Shown here one piece after another: positions 34,806 through 45,213 of a stretch of DNA of 64,000 bases. Source of the stretch: Escherichia coli (GTDB lineage Bacteria; Pseudomonadota; Gammaproteobacteria; Enterobacterales; Enterobacteriaceae); NCBI RefSeq assembly GCF_013315695.1, contig NZ_CP054353.1; one strand, given 5' to 3'. The translations under genes were made by a program, and so were the position numbers. The notes beneath the pieces were generated by a model. It was not told the origin of the DNA, did not search any database, and saw only the letters and a list, made by a program, of their open reading frames with translations. Every line of letters starts with the position of its first letter. Positions within the stretch are counted from its first letter, which is position 1.

Positions 34806-34815
34806 ACACAGGGGA

Positions 34816-36939
34816 TTAATCTTCATCATCAGGCTGGAACATCAGCACGTAAAAAACATGCTGCTTACCCCCAATCTTGCCCAGCGCCTTTTTTTTGTAT
34901 CGGCGATCGCTTCCCTTCTCCAGCATTCCGGCAGCATCCAGGGCACGCGCAAAATGCGCCGGATTAAATCCCTTCGCTATCTCACTCTCAAACACGTGCG
35001 GGAACGTGTAATAGCGCATCTCGTCATCTTCGTTGCGAATGCTCCCTTTTCTGTATCCGGCAAGCTCTTTAATCGGTAAATCACGCTCATCTGTATTGGG
35101 GTACGGAAGGTAGCGGCTAAACCCAAACGACGACAAAAACGCCTCAGCCTGTTCAACCATCTGTTTAAATTCCCTGTTACCCGTGCCGAACTCCTTCACC
35201 CAGGCATTAAAGTTATGCTGTATCGCGTCGCGGCATTCCTGCACGACCCAGCCAGTTACATGACCGGAAAGCACAAGCGCGGCCTCCAGTATGGCGAAAC
35301 GTTCACCCACGCGGTGGACCTGCTCGCCGTAGCTCTCCGGTATCAGGTTGCGCCACCGTTCGCGGCATTCCCTTACCGTATCCTTTGCCTCCTGCTGGTG
35401 GCCTGCCAGCCATTTAACCCACTCACGACCCGCCGCCCCGTGATTTGCTGTCCAGGCATCCTTTAACGCGTCAGCATGTTCCTTACCGTTGCTGTATTCG
35501 TGAAATTTCGTGGCTTTTTCCATCGGAACGTTAAGCAGTCGGACAAGCTGCCCCGCCTTAACTTTTATCCCCTCACTTTTGAGGAATGTCTCAACGTCCA
35601 TTTCTCCGGTGCTGATTGCCACCGTTCGCCAGTGTTTGATCTCCCTGTTGCCGCCATCCTTCGCCCCCTGCAATTTCCCTGAACCGTTAAACAGCGTATA
35701 AGCAGACGTTGACACTTCCCGCGCATTTCCGGCCTGGCCTATCTCATCCAGTGGTAAAAGCCCGTCATTATGGGCCTCGGCCTCATTGGCAATACCTAAC
35801 GCCGTGCCGTACCAGGTCAGCCGCTGCGCGTCCGGCTCTCCCCATAAACTTGATGCGATGTTCTGCGTGGTGGTCTTACCTGCCGATGACTGTTCGAAAA
35901 GATGCACCCCGAAGCCGTCAGCACCCACAAGGCCAATTAAAGGCGCTGCCAGTGACGTTGCCACACCCAGCATCATTGAGGCATTACCGCCAGCCAGCCG
36001 CGCCACACTCTCGCGCCAGCCCTCCGCCGTACCCGCCACGGAATAACCGTTAATCGCGGCGCTTTTTCCGGTAAACAGGATCGGTTTTTCAGAATCACCA
36101 ATGATCGAACCGTCCGGCATGATGTACGCGCCAAAATGCCAGCCCGTTGTTGTGCTTAACTGCCATTCCTCATGGCTTCCGCTTAACTGCATCCAGTCCG
36201 CCAGGATTGCCCTGTATTTGCCGTTGGTTGTCACGTTCAGCCCGTGATCTTTAAGTAACCGCCAGCCGTCACGGTCGCCGATACCACCACACGGGATCGC
36301 CATTGTGATGACTTCATGATTTGCTAATTTTTTCCAGCGCATGACGCGGTAATGCTCTTTACCGATCGTCCCCGTTCCCAGTAGTTCAAGCGGAGAACAT
36401 AACCACGTCTCAGGCCGGATAATTTCGCCTGACTGCTTATCCACTTTGGGCGTTACCCAGAAAACACCATCGGCGCGACTTTCAACGCGTGGCTTTAATT
36501 CGTCATCGCTATGGCTTCCGGTATCTTTTTTCTTTACCGGAAACTCAATAACCAGACCATCAGAAAGATTCTGCCGCTCACGGGCCAGATATTCGCGCCA
36601 GTTCTCCACCTCCTGACCGTGCATTCCATCAGGGTAAAAATTTGCATCCTGTACGCCTGCCGCCGCCAGCTTCTGACCAATCGCCTTGATCATTACTGGC
36701 TCAAGATGTCCGGCCCTGAATATGCGTACTGATTTTCGGCCTTCCGGCACAATTTGCAGCTTATCCAGTTCGGCAAGTTGTTGCTCTCCAAGCCAGACAG
36801 GAGGCACGTTATCGCCAGCCAGTCGCCCGTCCTGTTCCTGCCACTGTTTCGCATGTGCCCAGGCATCACTACCCGCAAAAATGATGACTTCCGTCATTTT
36901 GTCACGTGGCTGGTGTTTTAAATTTGGCGCTTTTTTCAT
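34816..36939 (-). CDS. primase/replicase (P4 alpha-like or PICI Pri-Rep-like)
   Basis: ~707 aa from ATG 36939; Walker A-like SSAGKTT; position next to the iteron ori; ATG overlaps the upstream stop. Confidence 0.75.
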   Translation of the reverse strand: MKKAPNLKHQPRDKMTEVIIFAGSDAWAHAKQWQEQDGRLAGDNVPPVWLGEQQLAELDKLQIVPEGRKSVRIFRAGHLEPVMIKAIGQKLAAAGVQDANFYPDGMHGQEVENWREYLARERQNLSDGLVIEFPVKKKDTGSHSDDELKPRVESRADGVFWVTPKVDKQSGEIIRPETWLCSPLELLGTGTIGKEHYRVMRWKKLANHEVITMAIPCGGIGDRDGWRLLKDHGLNVTTNGKYRAILADWMQLSGSHEEWQLSTTTGWHFGAYIMPDGSIIGDSEKPILFTGKSAAINGYSVAGTAEGWRESVARLAGGNASMMLGVATSLAAPLIGLVGADGFGVHLFEQSSAGKTTTQNIASSLWGEPDAQRLTWYGTALGIANEAEAHNDGLLPLDEIGQAGNAREVSTSAYTLFNGSGKLQGAKDGGNREIKHWRTVAISTGEMDVETFLKSEGIKVKAGQLVRLLNVPMEKATKFHEYSNGKEHADALKDAWTANHGAAGREWVKWLAGHQQEAKDTVRECRERWRNLIPESYGEQVHRVGERFAILEAALVLSGHVTGWVVQECRDAIQHNFNAWVKEFGTGNREFKQMVEQAEAFLSSFGFSRYLPYPNTDERDLPIKELAGYRKGSIRNEDDEMRYYTFPHVFESEIAKGFNPAHFARALDAAGMLEKGSDRRYKKKALGKIGGKQHVFYVLMFQPDDED

Positions 36940-37235
36940 TTCTGCTCTCTCCACGCGGCAATCATGTTTTTCAGTTCCTGTAGTTTTTTATCCACATCCA
37001 CACGTGACACATGGTTATTTCTGGAAGTCGGGATTTCCCGCCTGAATCTGCTAATAAAGATCTCCACGTTCAGCGAACTATGAAATGAATAGCCATCACG
37101 AATAAAATACACACGGTCAAACATCAGTTCTTTTACCGTTACTCTGTTGCCGTTCTTATCCAGATAAATAGCGCCGGGGATAATTTTGGGGTGTGCATAA
37201 CCGCTGGCAGTCAAGCCAGATAAATATGTTCTCAT
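36936..37235 (-). CDS. hypothetical protein (99 aa)
   Basis: ATG start; coupled to the primase. Confidence 0.45.
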   Translation of the reverse strand: MRTYLSGLTASGYAHPKIIPGAIYLDKNGNRVTVKELMFDRVYFIRDGYSFHSSLNVEIFISRFRREIPTSRNNHVSRVDVDKKLQELKNMIAAWREQK

Positions 37236-37241
37236 GATTAT

Positions 37242-37562
37242 TTATCCCCGATTTGAATCAGTATTCGCTTTCTTTATAGCATTTAATGCATTTGTGGCAT
37301 TTTCAATGGTGCACCGTAACGAAATATCAAACTGCCCAAGCATTGCCAGTAACAAACCGATATTACCCATATCAATGCGCATGGCCTTTTCGTCATATTC
37401 CTCATTTTCTGACGCATACCACATCAGGCTACCAATTGACGCAATACCCATTGATATATTGTCAGTAGCCCCATCCGCAGCGGAATAAACTTTTTTAGCA
37501 ATATCATGCTCACAGTTAAAATGCGGATTAATCAGGTACTGGTAATTGGTCATGTCAGGCAT
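37242..37562 (-). CDS. hypothetical protein (106 aa)
   Basis: ATG start; first gene of the leftward operon. Confidence 0.45.
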   Translation of the reverse strand: MPDMTNYQYLINPHFNCEHDIAKKVYSAADGATDNISMGIASIGSLMWYASENEEYDEKAMRIDMGNIGLLLAMLGQFDISLRCTIENATNALNAIKKANTDSNRG

Positions 37563-37839
37563 GGCACACCCCCTGACGAATACGGGCGGCGAATACCATC
37601 ACGCAGCCAGCCGGGGATTGCTGGCGTGCTTCCTGTTCGCTGCTGGCCTCAATGGTAATCACGCGCGGTTGTGCCGTGCTCAGGGCGATAAAACGCCAGA
37701 TGTATTTATTCAGGTTGTGCGAGTCCCGCCCTTGCGGGTGTGTGGTATGATTTAACATAGCTACCTCGATACTGTTGCTATCGTTGGTTGTTAGACGCCC
37801 TGCATGTGTTGCGAGCACTGCGGGGCGTTGCTCTTTCAG

Positions 37840-37885
37840 GTGTATTTCACCTTTGCTTTTTAATTTACTCACTGGTGAAATACAC
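37840..37885. promoter_or_regulatory. operator-like perfect 12-bp inverted repeat GTGTATTTCACC-N22-GGTGAAATACAC in a divergent promoter region
   Basis: lies between the divergent 106-aa gene and the small + strand gene. Confidence 0.45.
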
Positions 37886-37951
37886 TTCAAGCCTTTTTTT
37901 ATCATTTTTTTTGCGTATACTGACATACACCAATTTTTAGGAGATCCAGAA

Positions 37952-38131
37952 ATGGCAACTGGTGCAAAGAACGCAAAATCACAAATGACAACTGTCAGAA
38001 TCCCACATGAAGTAATGGATGATATTGAGCAACTTAAAGAACCTGGCGAAAGTACCGCTGGTTTTTTAGTTACTGCCGCAAAAGGCGAGATCAAACGCCG
38101 CCAGCGCCGCAAGGCCAAAGAATCAGAATAA
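37952..38131 (+). CDS. small DNA-binding protein, possibly ribbon-helix-helix (59 aa)
   Basis: ATG with AGGAGA SD; TTVRIPHEVMDDIEQL resembles an RHH beta-strand/helix; basic C-terminus. Confidence 0.4.
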   Translation: MATGAKNAKSQMTTVRIPHEVMDDIEQLKEPGESTAGFLVTAAKGEIKRRQRRKAKESE

Positions 38132-38188
38132 TCACTATCAGCGCCGTGGCGTGAGGTACTCCGGCGCATTGCTTTACAGGTCAGTACT

Positions 38189-38398
38189 ATGAGCAAAAAA
38201 CACCGATCAGCAGATGAGATTTTTGCAGAACAACGAAGATTGCTTTTGCAAAGTATCATTTCACGCCAGCAAGAGAAGGCGCGAGCTAAACAAATGCCAC
38301 CAAATACAGAACCAGCGCCTACAAGATTTGCGCTTGATGATTTTCTCGATAAACACCCCAGGGTAATGAAAGCAAACAAAAACCGCCCACCAGCCTGA
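38189..38398 (+). CDS. hypothetical protein (69 aa)
   Basis: ATG start; followed by a terminator at ~38441-38468. Confidence 0.35.
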   Translation: MSKKHRSADEIFAEQRRLLLQSIISRQQEKARAKQMPPNTEPAPTRFALDDFLDKHPRVMKANKNRPPA

Positions 38399-38440
38399 TA
38401 GCGGCTATCATCCCCGTGCTTATGTTTAGTGTTTCCAAAC

Positions 38441-38468
38441 TGGCGACCTCCCAAGGTCGCCTTTTTTT
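38441..38468 (+). terminator. rho-independent terminator after the rightward small-gene pair
   Basis: GGCGACCTCCCAAGGTCGCC followed by T8. Confidence 0.55.
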
Positions 38469-38488
38469 TATGTGCCATTGTCACCACC

Positions 38489-38698
38489 TCAAGCGGCCTT
38501 GCCTGAATTAATGCGTTCGCGGTTTTTGACCCACGCCACAACCTCAGACTTAACCCAGCCAACAGAACGACCGCCGAGACTGATACGGGAGGGGAAGCGG
38601 CCCTGCTTTTCCATCTCGTAACGAGTTGTGCGGCAAACGCCTGTTAGCTCTCTGCATTCTTTTTCGCGGATTACGCGATCTTCATTTATTTCACGCAT
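38489..38698 (-). CDS. alpA: AlpA-family transcriptional regulator / excisionase-like
   Basis: 69 aa from ATG 38698; helix-turn-helix pattern (CRELTGVCRTTRYEMEKQGRFP...GGRSVGWVKSEVVAWV) and position next to int. Confidence 0.65.
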   Translation of the reverse strand: MREINEDRVIREKECRELTGVCRTTRYEMEKQGRFPSRISLGGRSVGWVKSEVVAWVKNRERINSGKAA

Positions 38699-39107
38699 AC
38701 AAAAACCTACATAAAAATTACGTATATAAACTTTTCTCTTAGCTGTAGATATATGAGATCGGATATTACTTAGATTCTTTTTCACCTCTTAAATTAAAAA
38801 CACAACCATGCTAAAGGCTTTGTTCGCTAAGGTTCGTAGAAGCTCGTTAGTGTTTAAAATCGTGTCACGAGTTTTTAAGCGACGCAACAAAAAATGTCGT
38901 TATTTGGCATGACACCTGAATTACCTCATTAAAAACAAATAGATAAACCATCAGGTGTTGGAACAATCAAGAAACAGAGAATAAGAACTAAGAAGAAGAC
39001 ATTTCAAATTTTTTCAATACTTGACACATATAAATCGTCGATATTTGCCGATATTCGACGATTTATTTTAGAGGGCCATTTTTCGCAAGAAAAACAGCCG
39101 TAATTTG

Positions 39108-40346
39108 TCAAGAATTTTGGGAGTAAATTCGCGGGGTCATAACAACGATTTTTTCATCATTGTTCTGGAGAAGCTCGAGACGCTCAACCCATAGATTAAG
39201 AGCGTCACGTTTTGCATCGAGATAACGGGAGTGATTATAGACTCGTTGCATTCCTGGCAACTGGTGCGCGGTTAGCTGCTCCACTACATGAGGATCCACG
39301 CCTAAATCGTTCAGCATCGTTGTAAACGTGTGCCGGATGTCGTGCAACGTCCAGGGGGCTTGATTAATGCGTCTGTGTGCCGTTCTTCCGTACTCTGATA
39401 CAGATGATTGCCCTTTCAGTTCTCCGAGTAATAAGCCCGTGTGTCGGTTCTGCTCCACCAGCTTCGTTACGAACGGCAAGATCGCTTCCGGTATTGGCCT
39501 GAATATTGCTACCTTCGTTTTGCTGTGTTCTTTCGGCACAGTCCAGAGCATTTCTTTAAAATCCCATTCCTGGACCTCAGAGCGTCTTAGCTCAGTGGTA
39601 CGGCATCCGAAGACAATCAGGAGGCGAATCAGGGCGCTGTAGTACGGTGTGTAAATTTTTTCATCCAGGGCGCGTAGTAATTCCCCAAGCTCCTTGTTTG
39701 TTAGTACGCGCTCGCTTATTTCTGCTTTTTTCCCAACATCACCTACAACCATATCATCTAGAACGTTGGTAATTGCGTAGCGTCGTTTGCGGCAGTACTT
39801 AAGCGCCTGCTTGCATACCTGTAACAAAAATCCTGCTGATACCGGATTACGCATAGCAAGCTGATCAAAACAGGTCAGCCAGTGGCGTAGCTCGCATTTT
39901 TCCAGCGGCATAGCACCAATATGGCTGATTATGTGTGTATTGATCCGGCTTTTCAGAGATTCGTAATCTGTGCGCTTTTCCTTCGCGTACGATTCAAGCC
40001 AGTAAGTGAGCGCTTCCTTAACCGTAACAGGTGATAACGCTTCCTGTACGGTGTGATTAAGCTCATGGCGTGGATTTTTACCCTCAGCAAGCCAGGCGCG
40101 ACACTGCGACGCTTTTTCCCTGGCTGCTTTCAGGCTCAAATCTGGATAATTTCCCAGCCTCAGACGTTCAGGGGCTACCTTCCTGCCTGTTCCGGCCCTG
40201 TAAGTGAAATACCAGGTTAACAGGCCATTGGTTGAATGCCTTACGCTAAGGTTGCCACCATCATTAAAAAAGGTGTTTTTTGTGGTTGGTGATCCGCTTA
40301 ATTTTCGTAAAAGAGTGTCGCTAAGTCTATGAATTGCCCTGCTCAT
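39108..40346 (-). CDS. tyrosine site-specific integrase (P4-type)
   Basis: 412 aa; C-terminal catalytic motifs (R..TELRRSE, HDIRHTF, Y near the C-terminus); at the island edge. Confidence 0.9.
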   Translation of the reverse strand: MSRAIHRLSDTLLRKLSGSPTTKNTFFNDGGNLSVRHSTNGLLTWYFTYRAGTGRKVAPERLRLGNYPDLSLKAAREKASQCRAWLAEGKNPRHELNHTVQEALSPVTVKEALTYWLESYAKEKRTDYESLKSRINTHIISHIGAMPLEKCELRHWLTCFDQLAMRNPVSAGFLLQVCKQALKYCRKRRYAITNVLDDMVVGDVGKKAEISERVLTNKELGELLRALDEKIYTPYYSALIRLLIVFGCRTTELRRSEVQEWDFKEMLWTVPKEHSKTKVAIFRPIPEAILPFVTKLVEQNRHTGLLLGELKGQSSVSEYGRTAHRRINQAPWTLHDIRHTFTTMLNDLGVDPHVVEQLTAHQLPGMQRVYNHSRYLDAKRDALNLWVERLELLQNNDEKIVVMTPRIYSQNS

Positions 40347-40750
40347 GTTTCGAATTTCCGGTCATCAAAATTAACTACACCATTGACTACACCGAGCATC
40401 GTACAAGGGCGAACTGTGACGAACAAGGGCGAACAAGAAAAACGAAATTATCCTTTATAATCATAGAAATAAATGAGATACCTACACCATGACGAACACC
40501 CACGAACACTAACTGATAAATAACTATCATCTATCGTTGGCATCAGCGACATCTGTCACATTCCTGTCAATAGCGTTAACTGCTTCAAATTTTTGATTCA
40601 TACCTGCCCCCTGGCCCCTGTCAAATGCTTGACGGCTCGCCCTAATTCTCTAAATTGTATTTCTAGAGTTGGCGAGGTTTTGAACAGCCCCCTCTCTGAC
40701 CCCGGTTTATTCCATCTTACTTGTATAAGATTTGCGAAGGATGTCGAAGC

Positions 40751-40975
40751 ATGGAAAAGGGTACTGTTAAGTGGTTCAACAATGCCAAAGGGTTTGGTTT
40801 CATCTGCCCTGAAGGCGGCGGCGAAGATATTTTCGCTCATTATTCCACCATTCAGATGGATGGTTACAGAACGCTAAAAGCTGGACAATCCGTTCAGTTT
40901 GATGTCCACCAGGGGCCAAAAGGCAATCACGCCAGTGTTATTGTGCCCGTCGAAGTAGAAGCGGCAGTCGCATAG
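40751..40975 (+). CDS. cspD: cold-shock-like protein CspD
   Basis: 74 aa MEKGTVKWFNNAKGFGFICPEGGGEDIFAHYSTIQMDGYRTLKAGQSVQFDVHQGPKGNHASVIVPVEVEAAVA. Confidence 0.95.
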   Translation: MEKGTVKWFNNAKGFGFICPEGGGEDIFAHYSTIQMDGYRTLKAGQSVQFDVHQGPKGNHASVIVPVEVEAAVA

Positions 40976-41047
40976 CTCTTCTGTCTCATTGTGTACATCC
41001 TAAAGGCAAAATGCCAGCCCGATCGGCTGGCATTTTTATCTCAAAAA

Positions 41048-42994
41048 TTACTCTCGTGCCAGAGCATCTACTGGATCCAGTCGTGCCGCATTTCGTGCGG
41101 GTAACCAGCCAAATAAAATCCCGGTGACCGTCGAGCAGAGAAATGCCAGCAGCAGCGCCAACGGTGAAAAACCGATCTCCCAGCCGGGTAAGAAAAGCTG
41201 CAAGGTGAAAGCAATTAACAGTGACAGTGTTATTCCCAACGCGCCACCGACCAGGCAAACCAGTACGGCTTCGATCAGGAACTGTTGCAAAACATCACTT
41301 GCTCGCGCACCTACAGCCATGCGAATGCCAATTTCCCGCGTCCGCTCGGTCACTGACACCAGCATAATATTCATTACACCAATACCGCCCACCACCAGCG
41401 AAATCACCGCCACCAGCGTCAGAAACAGTTGTAAAGTACGTGTGGTCTTTTCAACGGTTTTCAAGACGCCGTCCATGTTCCAGGTAAAGAAATCCTTCTT
41501 ACCGTGGCGCAGTGAAAGTAAACGCGTGAGTTGCTGTTCCGCCTCGGCGCTGTCAAATCCTTCTTTCACCCTGACAGTAATGGAGTTCAGCCACGACTGG
41601 CCCATAACTCGCCCGGACATCGTGCTGTAAGGTAGCCAGACACGCAGCACTTTACTGCTACCAAACATCGACTGTTTTTCTTCCGCCACACCAATGACTC
41701 TGGCGGGCATATTGCCGACCAGAATTACCTCACCAACCACATCTGCTTTATGGGGGAAAAGCTGGCGGCGAGTATTACTGTCGAGAACCACGACCTGCGC
41801 ACGACCGTTCAGCTGCTCCTGATTAAAGGTGTTCCCTTCACTGAAGGTCATGCCATAGACATTAAAATAATCGCCGCTCACGCCATTGGCACTGGCAGCC
41901 ACATCAACATTGTTATAACGCAGGTGCAGGTTTTGCGAGACGGCAGGTGTGGCTGAGGCGACCCACGGTTGTTTTTGGATGGCGATTAAGTCATCGTACT
42001 TCAGCGCCTGCTGATATTGCGGATCGTCATCGCCAAAATCTTTCCCGGGATAGACATCAATAGTATTCGTACCAATAGAACGAATATCCGCCAGCACCAT
42101 TTGTTTGGCGGCGTCGCCCACCACGACAATGGAAACCACCGACGCAATACCGATAATAATCCCCAGCATGGTCAGTAAAGTACGCATTTTATTCGCTGCC
42201 AGCGCCCGCCATGCCATCGTCAGCGCTTCGTTAAAACCGCTGACAAATTGCCGCCAGCCAGAGGCCGTGTTGACAACAGGTTCCGTCCCGCCAGCAACAT
42301 TCACTTTTTCAATGGCGGGAGGATTGCGCACAATTTCACCGTCACGAATTTCGATCACCCGCTCGGCCTGAGCAGCGACCTGCGGATCGTGGGTAACGAT
42401 AATCACCGTATGCCCGCGATCGCGCAGCTGATGCAGGATCGCCATCACCTCTTCGCCAGAATGGCTGTCCAGTGCGCCGGTTGGTTCATCGGCAAGAATT
42501 ACCTGACCGCCGTTCATCAATGCCCGCGCGATGCTGACACGCTGTTGCTGACCACCCGAAAGCTGTGCCGGATAATACTCTGTACGGTCTTCCAGCCCCA
42601 GTCGTTGCAGCAACTCCTGGGCGCGAAGCAGCCGCTGTTTCCGCTCAAGACCAGCATAGACAGCGGGTACTTCAACGTTCTGCTCGGCGGTTAAATGCGA
42701 AAGCAAATGGTAACGCTGGAAAATAAAGCCGAAATGCTCGCGGCGCAGTTGCGCCAGCGCATCGGCGTCCAGCGTGGCAACATCCTGACCGGCGACGCGA
42801 TAGGTGCCGCTGGTGGCCTTATCCAGGCAGCCGAGAATATTCATCAGGGTCGATTTACCGGAACCCGAAGCGCCAACAATCGCTACCATCTCACCGGCAT
42901 AAATATCGAGGCTGATGCCCTTCAGCACCTCAACCTGCTCATCACCGGCAGGATAGCTGCGACGAATATCCTTTAATTCGAGCAAGGGCGTCAT
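41048..42994 (-). CDS. macB: macrolide ABC exporter ATPase/permease MacB
   Basis: 648 aa; N-terminal ABC ATPase plus C-terminal FtsX-like permease. Confidence 0.95.
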   Translation of the reverse strand: MTPLLELKDIRRSYPAGDEQVEVLKGISLDIYAGEMVAIVGASGSGKSTLMNILGCLDKATSGTYRVAGQDVATLDADALAQLRREHFGFIFQRYHLLSHLTAEQNVEVPAVYAGLERKQRLLRAQELLQRLGLEDRTEYYPAQLSGGQQQRVSIARALMNGGQVILADEPTGALDSHSGEEVMAILHQLRDRGHTVIIVTHDPQVAAQAERVIEIRDGEIVRNPPAIEKVNVAGGTEPVVNTASGWRQFVSGFNEALTMAWRALAANKMRTLLTMLGIIIGIASVVSIVVVGDAAKQMVLADIRSIGTNTIDVYPGKDFGDDDPQYQQALKYDDLIAIQKQPWVASATPAVSQNLHLRYNNVDVAASANGVSGDYFNVYGMTFSEGNTFNQEQLNGRAQVVVLDSNTRRQLFPHKADVVGEVILVGNMPARVIGVAEEKQSMFGSSKVLRVWLPYSTMSGRVMGQSWLNSITVRVKEGFDSAEAEQQLTRLLSLRHGKKDFFTWNMDGVLKTVEKTTRTLQLFLTLVAVISLVVGGIGVMNIMLVSVTERTREIGIRMAVGARASDVLQQFLIEAVLVCLVGGALGITLSLLIAFTLQLFLPGWEIGFSPLALLLAFLCSTVTGILFGWLPARNAARLDPVDALARE

Positions 42995-44106
42995 TGTGCA
43001 GCTCCTGGTTTGTCCTCACCAATCACCACTTCATCGCCCGCTTCCAGCCCTTTGACAATCTCAACATCGGTATCGTTACGTGCGCCAATCGTCACTTCAC
43101 GCTCCCGTGTTTCACCATTACGCAACAATTTGACTTTATAACGATTATCGCCAACCGGATCGCCTAACGCCGACAGAGGGATCGTCAGCACATTTTTCAC
43201 ATCGGTGAGCTGAATATGCACTTGCGCGGTCATATCCAGCCGCAGCAAACCATTGGGGTTGGGTACTTCAAAACGGGCGTAATAGAAAATAGCGTCGTTA
43301 ACCTTTTCCGGCGTCGGTAGCACATCCTTGATTTGCCCCTCGTAGCGCGTCAGTGGATCGCCAAGCACCGTAAACCAGGCTTTTTGCCCCGGCTTCAGGT
43401 GGATTACATCCGCTTCAGAAACCTGCGCTTTTACCAGCATGGTGCTCATATCTGCCAGCGTCAGAATGTTCGGTGCTTGTTGTGCGGCAATCACCGTCTG
43501 GCCTTGCAGAGTGGTGATTTGCGTGACTTCCCCGGCCATCGGAGCAACGATGCGGGTGTAATCGAGATTGGTTTTAGCCGTATCGAGAGAGGCCTGATTG
43601 CGCTTGATTTGCGCGTCAATGGTGCCAATTTGCGCCTGTTTCACAGCCATCTCCGTCGCGGCGGTATCGAGATCCTGCTGTGAAACCGCTTGCGTTTGTG
43701 CAAGACGTTGCTGACGGGAATACGTCACCCGCGCCAGTTTCAGCTCCGCTTCCGCCTGCTGCCGCTGCGCGCGTAGCTCCATCAGCGTTGCTTCCACCTC
43801 CTTAATCTGGTTTTCAGCCTGTTCAGGATCAATAACCCCTAAAAGCTGGTCTTTTTTTACTTTATCGCCAATCGCCACCGACAGCGTTTTCAACTGACCG
43901 CTGACCTGCGCGCCCACGTCAACCTTACGCAGCGCGTCCAGCTTTCCGGTCGCCAGCACGCTTTGCTGTAAATCACCGGGGCGCACAATCAGCGTCTGAT
44001 AAGTCGGCTCGGGTGCGTTAAGAATTCTCCATAACGTAATCAGTCCGGCGATGACTATCACCAGCGCAATAACGTAACGCTTCTTCACGGTTTTCCGCTT
44101 TTTCAT
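42991..44106 (-). CDS. macA: macrolide exporter periplasmic adaptor MacA
   Basis: 371 aa from ATG 44106 ([18 protein letters not shown]...). Confidence 0.95.
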   Translation of the reverse strand: MKKRKTVKKRYVIALVIVIAGLITLWRILNAPEPTYQTLIVRPGDLQQSVLATGKLDALRKVDVGAQVSGQLKTLSVAIGDKVKKDQLLGVIDPEQAENQIKEVEATLMELRAQRQQAEAELKLARVTYSRQQRLAQTQAVSQQDLDTAATEMAVKQAQIGTIDAQIKRNQASLDTAKTNLDYTRIVAPMAGEVTQITTLQGQTVIAAQQAPNILTLADMSTMLVKAQVSEADVIHLKPGQKAWFTVLGDPLTRYEGQIKDVLPTPEKVNDAIFYYARFEVPNPNGLLRLDMTAQVHIQLTDVKNVLTIPLSALGDPVGDNRYKVKLLRNGETREREVTIGARNDTDVEIVKGLEAGDEVVIGEDKPGAAQ

Positions 44107-44220
44107 AAATATTCTGAATACTCCATATGCCAATCCGGGTCATTAACTTCAACGAAATATCAACAAAACCCTAAAATTTACGTTAGTAATCACACTATTG
44201 ATGTTTGGTTAAGATACGCA

Positions 44221-45213
44221 ATGGTGAAATCGACGTCATGTATAATCATTGATTTCATGAATATGTCGCAGCTAACTGAACGGACCTTTACGCCATCTGA
44301 ATCTCTCAGCAGCCTGTCACTTTTTCTTAGTCTGGCACGTGGACAGTGTCGGCCGGGTAAATTCTGGCATCGCCGTAGTTTTCGCCAGAAATTTTTGCTG
44401 CGCTCGTTGATTATGCCGCGTTTAAGCGTTGAGTGGATGAACGAACTTTCCCACTGGCCCAATCTCAATGTGTTGTTAACGCGCCAGCCGCGACTGCCTG
44501 TGCGTCTGCATCGCCCTTACCTTGCGGCGAATCTTAGCCGTAAGCAATTGCTGGAGGCGTTACGTTACCATTATGCGTTACTCCGCGGGTGTATGTCGGC
44601 GGAAGAATTCAGCTTATATTTGAATACCCCCGGGCTGCAACTGGCGAAGCTGGAAGGCAAAAACGGCGAGCAGTTCACGCTTGAGCTGACCATGATGATC
44701 TCAATGGATAAAGAAGGTGACAGCACAATCCTGTTCCGCAACAGCGAAGGTATTCCTCTGGCAGAGATCACGTTTACTCTGTGTGAATATCAGGGGAAAA
44801 GAACAATGTTTATTGGCGGACTGCAAGGCGCAAAATGGGAAATTCCACATCAGGAAATCCAGAATGCGACGAAAGCCTGCCACGGGCTATTTCCCAAACG
44901 CCTTGTGATGGAAGCGGCCTGTCTGTTTGCCCAACGTTTGCAGGTAGAGCAGATTATTGCCGTCAGCAATGAAACGCATATTTACCGCAGCCTGCGTTAT
45001 CGCGATAAAGAAGGCAAGATCCACGCTGATTACAACGCTTTCTGGGAATCGGTTGGCGGCGTATGTGATGCTGAACGCCATTACCGCCTTCCAGCACAGA
45101 TAGCACGAAAAGAGATTGCCGAAATCGCCAGTAAAAAACGGGCTGAATACCGTCGGCGCTATGAGATGCTCGACGCTATTCAGCCACAAATGGCCACAAT
45201 GTTTCGCGGTTAA
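44221..45213 (+). CDS. ybjX: VirK/YbjX-family protein
   Basis: assigned mainly by position between macA and ybjD; start uncertain (possibly MSQLTERTF). Confidence 0.7.
   Translation: MVKSTSCIIIDFMNMSQLTERTFTPSESLSSLSLFLSLARGQCRPGKFWHRRSFRQKFLLRSLIMPRLSVEWMNELSHWPNLNVLLTRQPRLPVRLHRPYLAANLSRKQLLEALRYHYALLRGCMSAEEFSLYLNTPGLQLAKLEGKNGEQFTLELTMMISMDKEGDSTILFRNSEGIPLAEITFTLCEYQGKRTMFIGGLQGAKWEIPHQEIQNATKACHGLFPKRLVMEAACLFAQRLQVEQIIAVSNETHIYRSLRYRDKEGKIHADYNAFWESVGGVCDAERHYRLPAQIARKEIAEIASKKRAEYRRRYEMLDAIQPQMATMFRG

Larger units (their letters stand above)
29242..40530. mobile_element. integrative satellite/PICI-like island (~11.3 kb) between clpS and cspD
   Basis: bounded by 17-bp direct repeats TGATA(G/A)ATAACTATCAT at 29242-29258 and 40514-40530; contains int, alpA, pri-rep, iteron ori, SSB, cos sites and gpE/gpD homologues. 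Confidence 0.7.

Noticed and set aside
37555-38562. 335-aa minus-strand ORF spanning the region of the two small rightward genes
   Set aside because: Low-complexity composition, no ribosome-binding site, starts inside the upstream gene, and overlaps two opposite-strand genes that have their own RBS and terminator; treated as a spurious ORF.
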